Shown in pieces: positions 10,445 to 18,700 of a stretch of 64,000 nt of DNA. Location of the stretch: assembly GCA_965116965.1 (NCBI GenBank), contig OZ220743.1, forward strand, positions 111,262 through 175,261. The letters are read 5' to 3'. Under the pieces are notes generated by a model. It was not told where the DNA came from and did not search any database. It worked only from the letters and a program-made list of their open reading frames with translations. The DNA is from Acidimicrobiales bacterium. GTDB taxonomy: Bacteria; Actinomycetota; Acidimicrobiia; Acidimicrobiales; Aldehydirespiratoraceae. The position numbers were made by a program, and so were the translations under genes. How positions within the stretch are numbered: position 1 is the first letter of the stretch; each line of letters starts with the position of its first letter.

Positions 10445-10726
10445 ATGGCGAGGGGCGTCCATCCCAAGAAGGAGGTCCGCAAGGCACTTGAGGAGTTGCG
10501 GGCGGCGGGCTGGACCATCGAGGTCGCCGTCGGCGGTCATTCCCACCGGTGGGGGACTGCGACATGCCCGCGCCAGCATCCCGACGCCTCGGGTGAGGCG
10601 ACCCGCTGTGTGCATTTCATACGCAGCACTCCGCGAGACGAGAGCAACCATGCAAAGCAGCTTCGGCACGCGCTCAGCGCGTGCCGAAGGAAGGGCCGGC
10701 ACGATCCGAGCAACAGGAGCGGATAG
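10445..10726 (+). CDS. small HicA-like protein (putative toxin)
   Basis: 93 aa with a GGAAGGAG Shine-Dalgarno upstream. ALEELRAAGWTIEVAVGGHSHRWG resembles the L..GW......GSHH core of HicA/YcfA-type proteins. Similarity was judged by eye only. Confidence 0.35.
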   Translation: MARGVHPKKEVRKALEELRAAGWTIEVAVGGHSHRWGTATCPRQHPDASGEATRCVHFIRSTPRDESNHAKQLRHALSACRRKGRHDPSNRSG

Positions 10727-11128
10727 ATGACCAGAACTAGGCGTATCGAATACGACTTCACGCTTGAGACCAGTGGGCGGGACGTCCTCGACGAGGAGGT
10801 CTTCGATGCTCTCACTGAGGCCGGGTGCGACGACGCCCTGATCGGACGCGTCGGCGGAGTCGACCGCCTCAACTTTATTCGCGAGGCCGGGTCCTACTGC
10901 GAGGCGGTGCGCAGCGCCATGGAGGACGTTCAATCGGTGCCGGGCGTTCGCGTGACCCGTGTGATCAACGAGAACGCCGCTGTCGGCGTTGCCTTCGCGG
11001 AGGCGGTCAATACGGTTCTCGGCTCCCCGCAGCAATGCCCCAACGTGCCAGGTGGCGAGGAGCAAGCCGAGTTGAGGCGCATCCGGGAGATGGCCGTGGA
11101 CGCTCCATCCCGAAGCGGCCTCGGCTGA
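10727..11128 (+). CDS. hypothetical partner protein of the HicA-like gene (putative antitoxin)
   Basis: Its ATG directly abuts the stop of the preceding gene (TAGATG). The N-terminal segment VFDALTEAGCDDALIGRVGGVDRLNFIREAGSYCEAVRSAMEDVQSVPGVRVTRV is a domain I have seen at the N-termini of antitoxin-like proteins. This is recalled from memory and was not searched. Confidence 0.35.
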   Translation: MTRTRRIEYDFTLETSGRDVLDEEVFDALTEAGCDDALIGRVGGVDRLNFIREAGSYCEAVRSAMEDVQSVPGVRVTRVINENAAVGVAFAEAVNTVLGSPQQCPNVPGGEEQAELRRIREMAVDAPSRSGLG

Positions 11129-11184
11129 GCGGCGACCGGTCTCGACGACATCGGCGAAGTGGCGCGCTTGCTTCGCGATCGCGC

Positions 11185-11309
11185 CGTGAGCGGGGCCGCG
11201 AGTTCCGGCTATACATCCGGCCATGGGAACAGCCCGCCACGGCGAGATCGAGATCGCCTACGAGAGCTTCGGCGCTGAGGGCGATCCTGCGCTGATCCTG
11301 CTCCACGGC
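11185..11309 (+). repeat. direct repeat copy 2 (alpha/beta-hydrolase 5' region)
   Basis: See 9722-9846. It encodes MGTARHGEIEIAYESFGAEGDPALILLHG. Confidence 0.85.
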
Positions 11310-11312
11310 TGG
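11223..11312 (+). pseudogene. 30-codon alpha/beta-hydrolase 5' stub
   Basis: Hydrolase similarity stops after LLHGW. The long ORF 11223..12491 is an artefactual fusion with the downstream abiEi frame. Confidence 0.6.
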
Positions 11313-11630
11313 GTCGGCAGGCGGGGATCGCGGCTGAACAGGCCGGTCTGGTCGAAGGTCTCGGTCAGTCGGGCGTTGGTGCGGAAGACCTCCCTACGGG
11401 TCGGGTGCACGTCCAGGAACGGGAAGTTGACGTTGGCATCCTCCGGTGCGGGCACGACGTGGCTTGCCGCCGTCGCGGTCTTGGAGCGCTGTAGTCGGTC
11501 CGGCCAGCTCGCAAGGGAGCCGGCCACGAGACGTCCTTCATGTGCGGCGGCATCACGGACCGCCCTGGCGGGGGGACTGCTCGCCAATGCCCCCCTCTGG
11601 TACGGTTCATGTATCAAACAACCGGGTAAG

Positions 11631-12491
11631 ATGTGGGTGATGGGCGCACCCCGGGCGGTCCAGCCGGCAGTTCTGGCCGATTATCTGATCGAACGCGGCG
11701 ACAGGGTCGTCACCACGGAGCAAGTGGCTGCGCTGCTGGGGGTGCGTGCGGAGCGGGTGACGCGCAGCTTGGCTGTGCCCCGGCGCGACAAGCGCATGCT
11801 GTCGGTCACCAAGGGGCTGTGGGCGCCGGTGAGCGCGGCGCGGCGCGCGGCGGGAACCAACCCGCCGGTGGAGTACATCGATGAGATGATGTCTCATCTG
11901 GGGCACCGCTACTGCCTGGGGTATCGCAGCGCCGCAGCCATGTACGGGGCCGCGCACTTCGGATGGTGGGACCTGCAGGTGATCACCACCGCCCGGCTGC
12001 GCAGCCGCCGCCTGGGCGTCTGGCCGCTGGTGTTCGTGACACGCCCCGACCTCGATCGCCTGCCCCAGCGGACCCTCGCCCGTGCGGGCGCGCCCGTGCA
12101 GGTCGCGTCGCCGGAGACGACCGTGTTCGATCTGGTCGCCCGGCCAGATCTGGCGCTGGGCCTGTCGCACACCGCGACCCTCGTCGCTGAACTGTTGACC
12201 CTCGACGCTCTCGACGGCGGCGCGCTTGTGACCGCGGCGCGTCGGCATCCCGCCGCGGTCGTGCGACGCGGCGGGATGCTCCTTGACCGGTTGCAGTCAG
12301 AGCTCGGCTGGGACATGGACAGCCCGCTGGACCTCGAGCCCCTGGCGGAACACGTCAAGGAACTGCCCCAGCGCACGGTGAGGCTCTCGGCCGGCCGGGA
12401 CTCCTGCCTGCGCGTCGGCAGCGGCGCCGAAGAACGCGTCGATTCCCGCTGGGGCGTGCTCGTCGACATGGACATCGAGTACTCGCTGTGA
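11631..12491 (+). CDS. abiEi: type IV toxin-antitoxin / abortive-infection antitoxin, AbiEi family
   Basis: N-terminal wHTH-like VVTTEQVAALLGVRAERVTRSL...VTKGLWAPV and C-terminal VASPETTVFDLVARPDLALGL. A 4-nt overlap (GTGA) joins it to the downstream AbiEii gene. The start at ATG 11631 (or 11640) was chosen because upstream residues are hydrolase stub and junk. Confidence 0.8.
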   Translation: MWVMGAPRAVQPAVLADYLIERGDRVVTTEQVAALLGVRAERVTRSLAVPRRDKRMLSVTKGLWAPVSAARRAAGTNPPVEYIDEMMSHLGHRYCLGYRSAAAMYGAAHFGWWDLQVITTARLRSRRLGVWPLVFVTRPDLDRLPQRTLARAGAPVQVASPETTVFDLVARPDLALGLSHTATLVAELLTLDALDGGALVTAARRHPAAVVRRGGMLLDRLQSELGWDMDSPLDLEPLAEHVKELPQRTVRLSAGRDSCLRVGSGAEERVDSRWGVLVDMDIEYSL

Positions 12492-13462
12492 TCCCCCGCC
12501 ACGAAATCGACGCGGCGGCGCGGCAGCGCCCGGGCTGGGACACTCAGCAAGTCGAGCAGGACATCGTGCTCACACGGCTGATGGCGGAGGTCGCCGACGA
12601 CAAGTACCTGGCCGGCGCGCTCGTGCTCAAGGGAGGCACCTGCCTGCACAAGCTGTGGCTGCCCGAGCCGTGGCGCTACAGCAAAGACCTCGATTATGCC
12701 CGCACCGAGGACACTCCCATGGGCGCGATCTTTGACGCTTTGCGCGCCGCGGGCCAGCGGGTCGGGCTAGACCCGGACAGGACGCGCGTCAACTCTGGAC
12801 GGTTGGTGTCACATGTCACCTACAGGGCCACCTACGCCGACGGCGCGACCATGAAGATCACAGTCGACATCCCCACCAGCCCGTCGGCGGTCCCGGCCCT
12901 GACGCAGACCCGCGTCCTGGCCCTCCCAGGAGGCAGCCACGTCACATCAGTAGAGATCGTCTCGGTCACCCCCGCTGAGATGATCGCCTCCAAAGCAGCC
13001 GCCGTCTTCGGCCGCAGACAGCCCCGCGACGCATACGACGTGTGGGCGGCCGCAACGGCGGGGCTAACCACAGCCCAGCAGGCTGCGGCGCGCTTCCAGC
13101 ACTATCGAGCCCCCGTCTGGAGCCTACGCCGCGCCGTCTCGAACCTCGACGCCAAGTGGGCCGACCCGAACTACCTCGCCGAGATGAAGGCCTTCGGGGC
13201 GCAGGCGCCGGTGCCGTTCGAGCTCGACGCGTGCCGCTCCGCCGTTGACGAGTTGATGGTCGAATGCTCCTTCAACTCGCACCCTGTGGCCAACCCCGCC
13301 TCCTCAGACACAGCCAACGAGCAGCGACCGCAACGACCCGAAGACCTTGACCCAGCAGCGACGAGACCCCAGAACCCCAAACGGCCACAGATCGAAGACG
13401 CGCTCCGCAAAGGCAACAGAACACAGGCCCAGATCGCGAAGGCGCTAGTGGTCCGTCGCTGA
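12488..13462 (+). CDS. abiEii: nucleotidyltransferase toxin, AbiEii/AbiGii family
   Basis: VEQDIVLTRLMAEV...LVLKGGTCLHKLWLPEPWRYSKDLDY matches the characteristic N-terminal nucleotidyltransferase core of AbiEii. The last five codons and the stop lie inside the MITE-like repeat. Confidence 0.85.
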   Translation: MIPRHEIDAAARQRPGWDTQQVEQDIVLTRLMAEVADDKYLAGALVLKGGTCLHKLWLPEPWRYSKDLDYARTEDTPMGAIFDALRAAGQRVGLDPDRTRVNSGRLVSHVTYRATYADGATMKITVDIPTSPSAVPALTQTRVLALPGGSHVTSVEIVSVTPAEMIASKAAAVFGRRQPRDAYDVWAAATAGLTTAQQAAARFQHYRAPVWSLRRAVSNLDAKWADPNYLAEMKAFGAQAPVPFELDACRSAVDELMVECSFNSHPVANPASSDTANEQRPQRPEDLDPAATRPQNPKRPQIEDALRKGNRTQAQIAKALVVRR

Positions 13463-13545
13463 AATGATCGGGGCGTCCGGAGCGCTCTCAAGCAGGGTCT
13501 CGGTCCTGCTGCGCTGCCCTAGCCATTTCGACGACACAGCACTAG
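13445..13545 (+). mobile_element. 93-bp MITE-like element flanked by CTAG duplications (copy 1)
   Basis: About 97% identical to 47778-47878 (3 mismatches). Both copies have identical left and right limits, and CTAG is present on both sides of both copies. Termini are imperfect inverted repeats (tggtccgtcgctga against the reverse complement of the right end, tgctgtgtcgtcga). Confidence 0.6.
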
Positions 13546-13562
13546 CAGGATGAGGAGATGCC

Positions 13563-13811
13563 ATGTCTGAGACACGTAGACAGTACGACCCGGAGTTCAA
13601 GGCGAGTGCTGTGCGGATTGTCCTGGAGACTCGAAGATCGGTCGCTGAGGTGGCCCGAGAGCTGGGGATCGGTGCGGGCACGTTGGGCAATTGGGTCCGC
13701 AGGGACCGCGCTGAGCGCTCGGGCGAGCGTCTCGACGGCGACGAGCGCGTCGAGTTGGTGCGGCTGCGCCGCCGATGCGCCGAGCTCGGCGGCGGGGCCG
13801 CCGGCAGATGA
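13563..13811 (+). pseudogene. IS3-family transposase OrfA fragment
   Basis: MSETRRQYDPEFKASAVRIVLETRRSVAEVARELGIGAGTLGNWVRRDR is the typical IS3/IS911 OrfA HTH. The ORF breaks off in the leucine-zipper region and no OrfB follows. Confidence 0.8.
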
Positions 13812-13824
13812 GCGGGCGCCGGTT

Positions 13825-14020
13825 CATGACCGGGGGAGGCTGCTGGTGCATGCGGCGTTGATGCTCGCGGGCGGTCTGGAGGCTTGCAGCGATACTGGGC
13901 GCCTGCGGGCCCAGCCGGTGCTGTTCGGGGAGGTGGCGTCGGACTCGACGCTGTATCGCACAGTCCATGGGCTGGGCTCCGACGCGGCGGAGCGGGTCGC
14001 CGCGGCCGCGGCCGGTACGC
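13825..14020 (+). pseudogene. IS1380-family transposase internal fragment
   Basis: HDRGRLLVHAALMLAGGLEACSDTGRLRAQPVLFGEVASDSTLYRTV resembles the conserved N-proximal block of actinobacterial IS1380 transposases, from memory. Only about 65 codons are present. Confidence 0.5.
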
Positions 14021-14530
14021 GACATCGAGACGGTGCTCGAGAGCACCTTCGGCCTGTCGCTCGTCGTGGTGGTGCGCTCGCACCGGCAGCTCCGCAATGT
14101 CGTCACCCGGGCACCGGACGGGTTCGGCGCTGCGCCCGACATCCATCACTCCGATGTGATCTTCCTGAAGGCGCCGCTGACGAGCCGTCAAGCTCTGCGA
14201 GCCGTCGAGTTGCGCGACGGCGTCGACCAGGCGTGGCCCGGCACCGGGGTGCTCTACTTCTCGCGCCTCAGCGAGCGGTTGTCGCAGAGCCGGATGAGCC
14301 GGATCGCCAGCACCTCGCAATACCAGAACATGACCATCCGCAACTGGAGGACGACGACCAGGCTGCTGAGCCTCCTCGACGAGCGGAGGGCCGCTCAGGG
14401 CGCTCGGGGCAAGCAGCGTGGCAATCCGGCCGAATCAATGATCAGCGGGGGCGCCGTGTACGGGCCCATAGCCAGCGCACCCCGCCTACGCAAGTCGCTG
14501 TCAGCGTCGCCACCAACAGCACCCACTTGA
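14021..14530 (+). pseudogene. DUF1697-family protein, N-terminally truncated
   Basis: IETVLESTFGLSLVVVVRSHRQLRNVV...VLYFSRLSE...MTIRNWRTTTRLLSLL matches the central and C-terminal DUF1697 pattern. The N-terminal GINVGG region is missing. Confidence 0.6.
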
Positions 14531-14975
14531 CCAAGGTGAACACCGCGGCCGGCCACGCCAGCCGGGACGGCGTGCCGTCGTGGCTCAGCGCCAGCGCCGC
14601 AATGGTGATGTTCTCCAGCGCATCGGCCAGGGCGACGGCCAGCGGCAGCACAAACAGCCGCGGCCCGCCTCGAAACAGCCGGAACAGCAGGACTGCCAAC
14701 AGCAGGCCGTAGCAGGCCGGAAAGACCATGTCGATGGTAAGCGCGGTCGTCGCATAGACAGCCCTGGCGCTCGCGTCGAGCTGGTCGAGGGCATCGAACA
14801 GGGCCGCCGCCTCTTCAGGTGTGTACCAGCCCCGACCGTCAAGCAGGTCCAATCCCGCCAGCCGCGCCTGCCGCCAGGCAAGGCCCGCCGCGCAGCCAAC
14901 GACACCCACCAATGCCGCGACCGCGGTTCGACGGGTCGCCCATCGATCCACGGCGGCACCGATCGAGAACGCCAT
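14442..14975 (-). CDS. hypothetical integral membrane protein (about 4 TM)
   Basis: Its ATG at 14975-14973 overlaps the stop of the upstream MazF-like gene by 1 nt (TGATG). Hydrophobic segments include VAALVGVVGCAAGLAW, MVFPACYGLLLAVLLF, LFVLPLAVALADAL and VFTLVKWVLLVATLTA. Confidence 0.6.
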   Translation of the reverse strand: MAFSIGAAVDRWATRRTAVAALVGVVGCAAGLAWRQARLAGLDLLDGRGWYTPEEAAALFDALDQLDASARAVYATTALTIDMVFPACYGLLLAVLLFRLFRGGPRLFVLPLAVALADALENITIAALALSHDGTPSRLAWPAAVFTLVKWVLLVATLTATCVGGVRWLWARTRRPR

Positions 14976-15310
14976 CAGACCGACCCACCGAGTTCGAGCA
15001 GGTCGGCGATCAGTTCTCGAATCTGTTGCAGCGCGACGGGCCCGATGTTCGTGCCAGCCGTCTCGACGACGCGGTCGACGCTGATGGTCGTCGGCAGGTG
15101 CGCCTGAGCCACACCGAATCCAGCTATGTCGACCTCGCTCAACCATCCTCGCCTCGTGGTCGTGCAGGGCACGACCACGATCGCGTGCTGCCGGAACCCG
15201 AGCACATCATCGGAGGTGACGACGATGGCCGGCCGGACGAACCCCGGCTCGCCCCGCGCCGGCGTCCCGAAGTCGCAGCGGACGACGTCACCGGCTCGCA
15301 TCGGCGACAT
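14975..15310 (-). CDS. PemK/MazF-family type II toxin (mRNA interferase)
   Basis: MRAGDVVRCDFGTPARGEPGFVRPAIVVTSDDVL...AIVVVPCTTT is a typical PemK/MazF N-terminal pattern. Its start overlaps the end of the upstream antitoxin ORF. Confidence 0.8.
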   Translation of the reverse strand: MSPMRAGDVVRCDFGTPARGEPGFVRPAIVVTSDDVLGFRQHAIVVVPCTTTRRGWLSEVDIAGFGVAQAHLPTTISVDRVVETAGTNIGPVALQQIRELIADLLELGGSV

Positions 15311-15515
15311 CGCTCGCAGACGCATCAAGCACAGCCTCGGCGTCAGCATCGAGCGGGACACTGGCAAGCTGAGCCCCCATGATGCGACGACGTTCCCGTC
15401 GGACCAGCTTCTCGATCTGCGCGTCGAAGGTCAGCCCCTCACGATCGGCGAGCTCACGAAGAGCGTCCCGTGTCTGGACGGAGACCTTAATGGTAGTCGT
15501 ATCAGGCATACCCAA
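15288..15515 (-). CDS. type II antitoxin (RHH/MazE-like) paired with the MazF-like toxin
   Basis: 75 aa. TTIKVSVQTRDALRELADREGLTFDAQIEKLV looks like a ribbon-helix-helix N-terminus, and the tail is acidic. It lies immediately upstream of and overlapping the toxin gene. Confidence 0.7.
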   Translation of the reverse strand: MGMPDTTTIKVSVQTRDALRELADREGLTFDAQIEKLVRRERRRIMGAQLASVPLDADAEAVLDASASDVADASR

Positions 15516-15720
15516 AAGTATACCATACGCGGATGGGTGCCGCTGTTAGCCTCGCCGCGTGAGCAGTGTCATACCCGGTGTGCGGCCGGCTTGGGCATCG
15601 GACGAGTTGTATCCCATGTTCGACGAAGAGGAGGTCACCCAACCGGGATTCATCGACTACTTCGCGGGCGCCTGCCGCACGGCCTCGCCCTACATGGAGT
15701 TCCTGACCCAAGCGGTCGGC

Positions 15721-18700
15721 TTACCGTACTGAAGGAGGCTTGAAGTCCGTGGGTGTGACGCTCGAACTCGACTCTGCCCGCGGTGGCGGTGATCCGCTCG
15801 TTGTTGCGATGTAGCTCGACAGGGCCCGGTCCAGCGCGGCGCGGTATTCGCCCGCACGCCGAACCTTGAGCTCCTCGAAGCCGCGGACCCCGTCGGCGAG
15901 GCCGGCGATGCGCACCGCCTCGTCGAGGGCTTGCGCGCAGAGGCCTGTGAGCAGCACGTCGATGGCGCGCTCGTACTCGACGATGAGGGCCCGTTCCAGT
16001 CGTCGCAGGTGTGTGTGCCCGAACGGGTCCAGGGGCGTGCCCCGCAGTCGCCTGCCGGCTGCCAGGACCCCCAGCAGCGGCCGCGACCAGCGGCCGAACC
16101 GCAGCTTGCGCTTCATCCCGAGGGCCCGCAGCAACGGCGGATGGAGATGCCAGACGATGCGACGGCCCGATCCCCCGACTGCTTTGGCCGCGCGGTGTGC
16201 TTCGGGCGCGACCAGCAGTCGCGCCACCTCGTACTCGTCCTTGTATGCCATCAGGCGGTGCAGGCCATGGGCGACCTCGGCGGTGAGCCGGATCGAGCTG
16301 CCGTCAACCGCCTGCTCGGCTCGGGCGGCAGCCTCCACCCGGTCCAAGAACCTCGCCGCGTAGGCAGCGTTCTGGTAGGCGACCAGGTCGGCGGCCCGCA
16401 GTCGCACAGCGGACTGGAGGTCGTCGACCCGTGGAAGGTTGACGATCCGGTCCTCAAGTTCCGCGGGGAGGTCCGGCACGATGACTTCGGTTTCGAGCGA
16501 CGGTGACCTGGTGGCGGCCTCGGCCTCCACCGCAGCCGCGTCGACGGCCCATCTTCGTCCCCACTCGAACGCGGCGAGGTTGTTTTCGACCGCGACTCCG
16601 TTGAGGTTGATGGCCTGTTCGATGGAGGCGACCGACACGGGGATGGCTCCGGCCTGGAGGGCGACGCCGAGCAGGAAGACATTGGCCGGTGTGGCGTCGC
16701 CTATGAGCCGCCGGGTGAGGTCGTTGGCGTCCATCCACAGATCGTTGGCCCCGTCGCGGATGTTGAACCGGGCCAGCAGCTCGTCCTGGGTCGGGTACTG
16801 GACCTGTGGGTTGGCGATCATGGCTCCGGTGGGCGTCGTGTGGATCGATCCGATGATCCGGGTGTGGGTGTGCGCCGCCGCGAGCACACCGTCGCCGGCG
16901 GCGACCAGTTGATCGAGCACCAAGATCGCGTCGGCCTCCCCGGCGCCGATCACGTTGGTGGATCCCGCGCCCGAGCGGCCGATAATGACGTCGGAGACCA
17001 CAGGCCCGGCCTTCTGGGACAGTCCAGTCTGGTCGAGTCCGGCGACGTCCCAGCCGTCGATCATGGCCGCGGTCGACAGGATCTGGGCCACGGTGACCAC
17101 ACCGGTGCCGCCGACGCCGGCGAGCCGCAGCGCCACGCGCTCGCTGCTCGCTCCGGCGGGCTCCGGATCCGGCAGCGGTGGGTGCGGTCCCGCACCGGTG
17201 ATGCGGTCGGACGGGCCGTCGACGGGCACCGTCATGAACGACGGGCAGTCCCCCTCGAGGCATGACAGATCGTGGTTGCATGTGGCCTGATCGATGAGTG
17301 TCTTGCGTCCCAGCGGCGTGTCGAGAGGCTGGACCGACAGGCAGTTGCTCACGTCGCCGCAGTCGCCGCACCCTTCGCAGATCCGATGGTTGATCACGAT
17401 GCGTGTGCGGGGCGCTTCGGCGCGCCCCCGCTTGCGGGCCCGACGCAGTTCCGCAGCACAGGCCTGATGATGAATCAGAACGGTCACGCCCGGAATCCCG
17501 GCAAGGGTCTCCTGCGCCTCGACGATCCGGGAACGGTCCCAAACCTCGACCGACGGCGGCAGCCCGCCACGGTCGTAGGCGCTGGGATCCTCAGTGGTGA
17601 CGAGCACCCTGGCCGCGCCCTGAGCCTCGAGGATCCGAGCGAGTTCCGGCACCCCGAGCCGATGCACCGGCTCCTGTCCTCCGGTCATTGCGACGGTGTC
17701 GTTGTACAGGATCTTGAAGGTCATGGTCGTGCCGGACCCGATGGCGGCCTGGACGGCCAGCTGCGCGGAGTGCAGGTAGGTGCCGTCGCCGACGTTCTGA
17801 ACGGCATGGCGGGCGTCGACGAAGGGCGCCATGCCGATCCAGTGAGCCCCCTCGTTTCCCATGGCGGTGACGCCGATCGTCTCGCCCACCCGTGCCGGGT
17901 CCATGAGCAGTGACATTCCGTGGCATCCGGTGCCCGCACCGACCAGCGTGTCGTCGGGGACCTTCGTGCCCCAGTTGTGCGGGCAGCCCGAGCAGAAGAA
18001 GGGGGTGCGGCCGACCGACAGCGGTATCAGGCTCCGCCGCGGCCGGAGCCGGACCTGCTCGATCGGCGCGAGCCGATCGGCGAGCCGAGTCTCGAGCCGG
18101 GCGCGCAGACCGGCCACGATGGCGTCCGCGTCCATCCGGCCGTAGCTCGGCATCAACGCATCACCCCGCTCGTCAGTCTTGCCGAGCACGGCGGGACGGT
18201 CCGCGGCCGAGTACAGCGCGTCCTTGATGAGCCATTCCAGCGTCGGGTTCTTCTCCTCGACCACCACCACCTCCCGCAGCCCGCGGGCGAAGCGCCGCAC
18301 GAGCCCGCGGTGCAACGGCACCGGCATCCGCAGCTGCAGCAGCCGGATCCCCGCGGCGCGGACGTCGTCCGGGTGGGCGAGTCCCAGCCGGCGCAGAGCC
18401 TCGATGAGCTGCTGGTAGGTGAAGCCGGTGGCGACGAGCCCGATCCACGCGTCGGCAGGATCGACGGTGATGCGGTTGAGTGTGTTGTCCACCCCGTACT
18501 GCTGGGCCAGCACCGACCGCACCTCGCGGAACTCGCGTTCCAGCTCCACCATTCGAGGCCCCAGGAACACCGCGCTGGGCCGGCTCTCCCACCGCCGGCC
18601 GTCGATCTCCCGCTCGGGCATGACCGGCTCGGCGTCCAGCGCGGGCAGGTCGACGGTGCCTGACCCGTCGGCGACCGGCGTCACGATCTTCATCGCCGAC

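Noticed and set aside
11258-11617. A minus-strand 119-aa ORF between the hydrolase stub and abiEi (…EDANVNFPFLDVHPTRREVFRTNARLTETFDQTGLF…).
   Set aside because: A short stretch looks protein-like, but the rest is low-complexity. I recognised no family, start context or partner gene. It may be a fragment of a lost gene and cannot be supported as a feature.
13460-13811. The 101-bp repeat might be interpreted as the left end (inverted repeat plus leader) of the IS3-family element whose OrfA fragment follows.
   Set aside because: The second copy at 47.8 kb stops at exactly the same right-hand boundary, 17 nt before where OrfA would start. Both copies are bounded by CTAG on both sides and have inverted-repeat-like termini. 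This fits a self-contained MITE better. The IS3-end idea is kept only as an alternative in the finding.
15615-15731. A 38-codon ORF (MFDEEEVTQPGFIDYFAGACRTASPYMEFLTQAVGLPY) lies between the antitoxin gene and the oxidoreductase stop.
   Set aside because: It is too short, has no Shine-Dalgarno and no recognisable family, and overlaps the 3' end of the convergent oxidoreductase gene. It could be a gene fragment but is unsupported.
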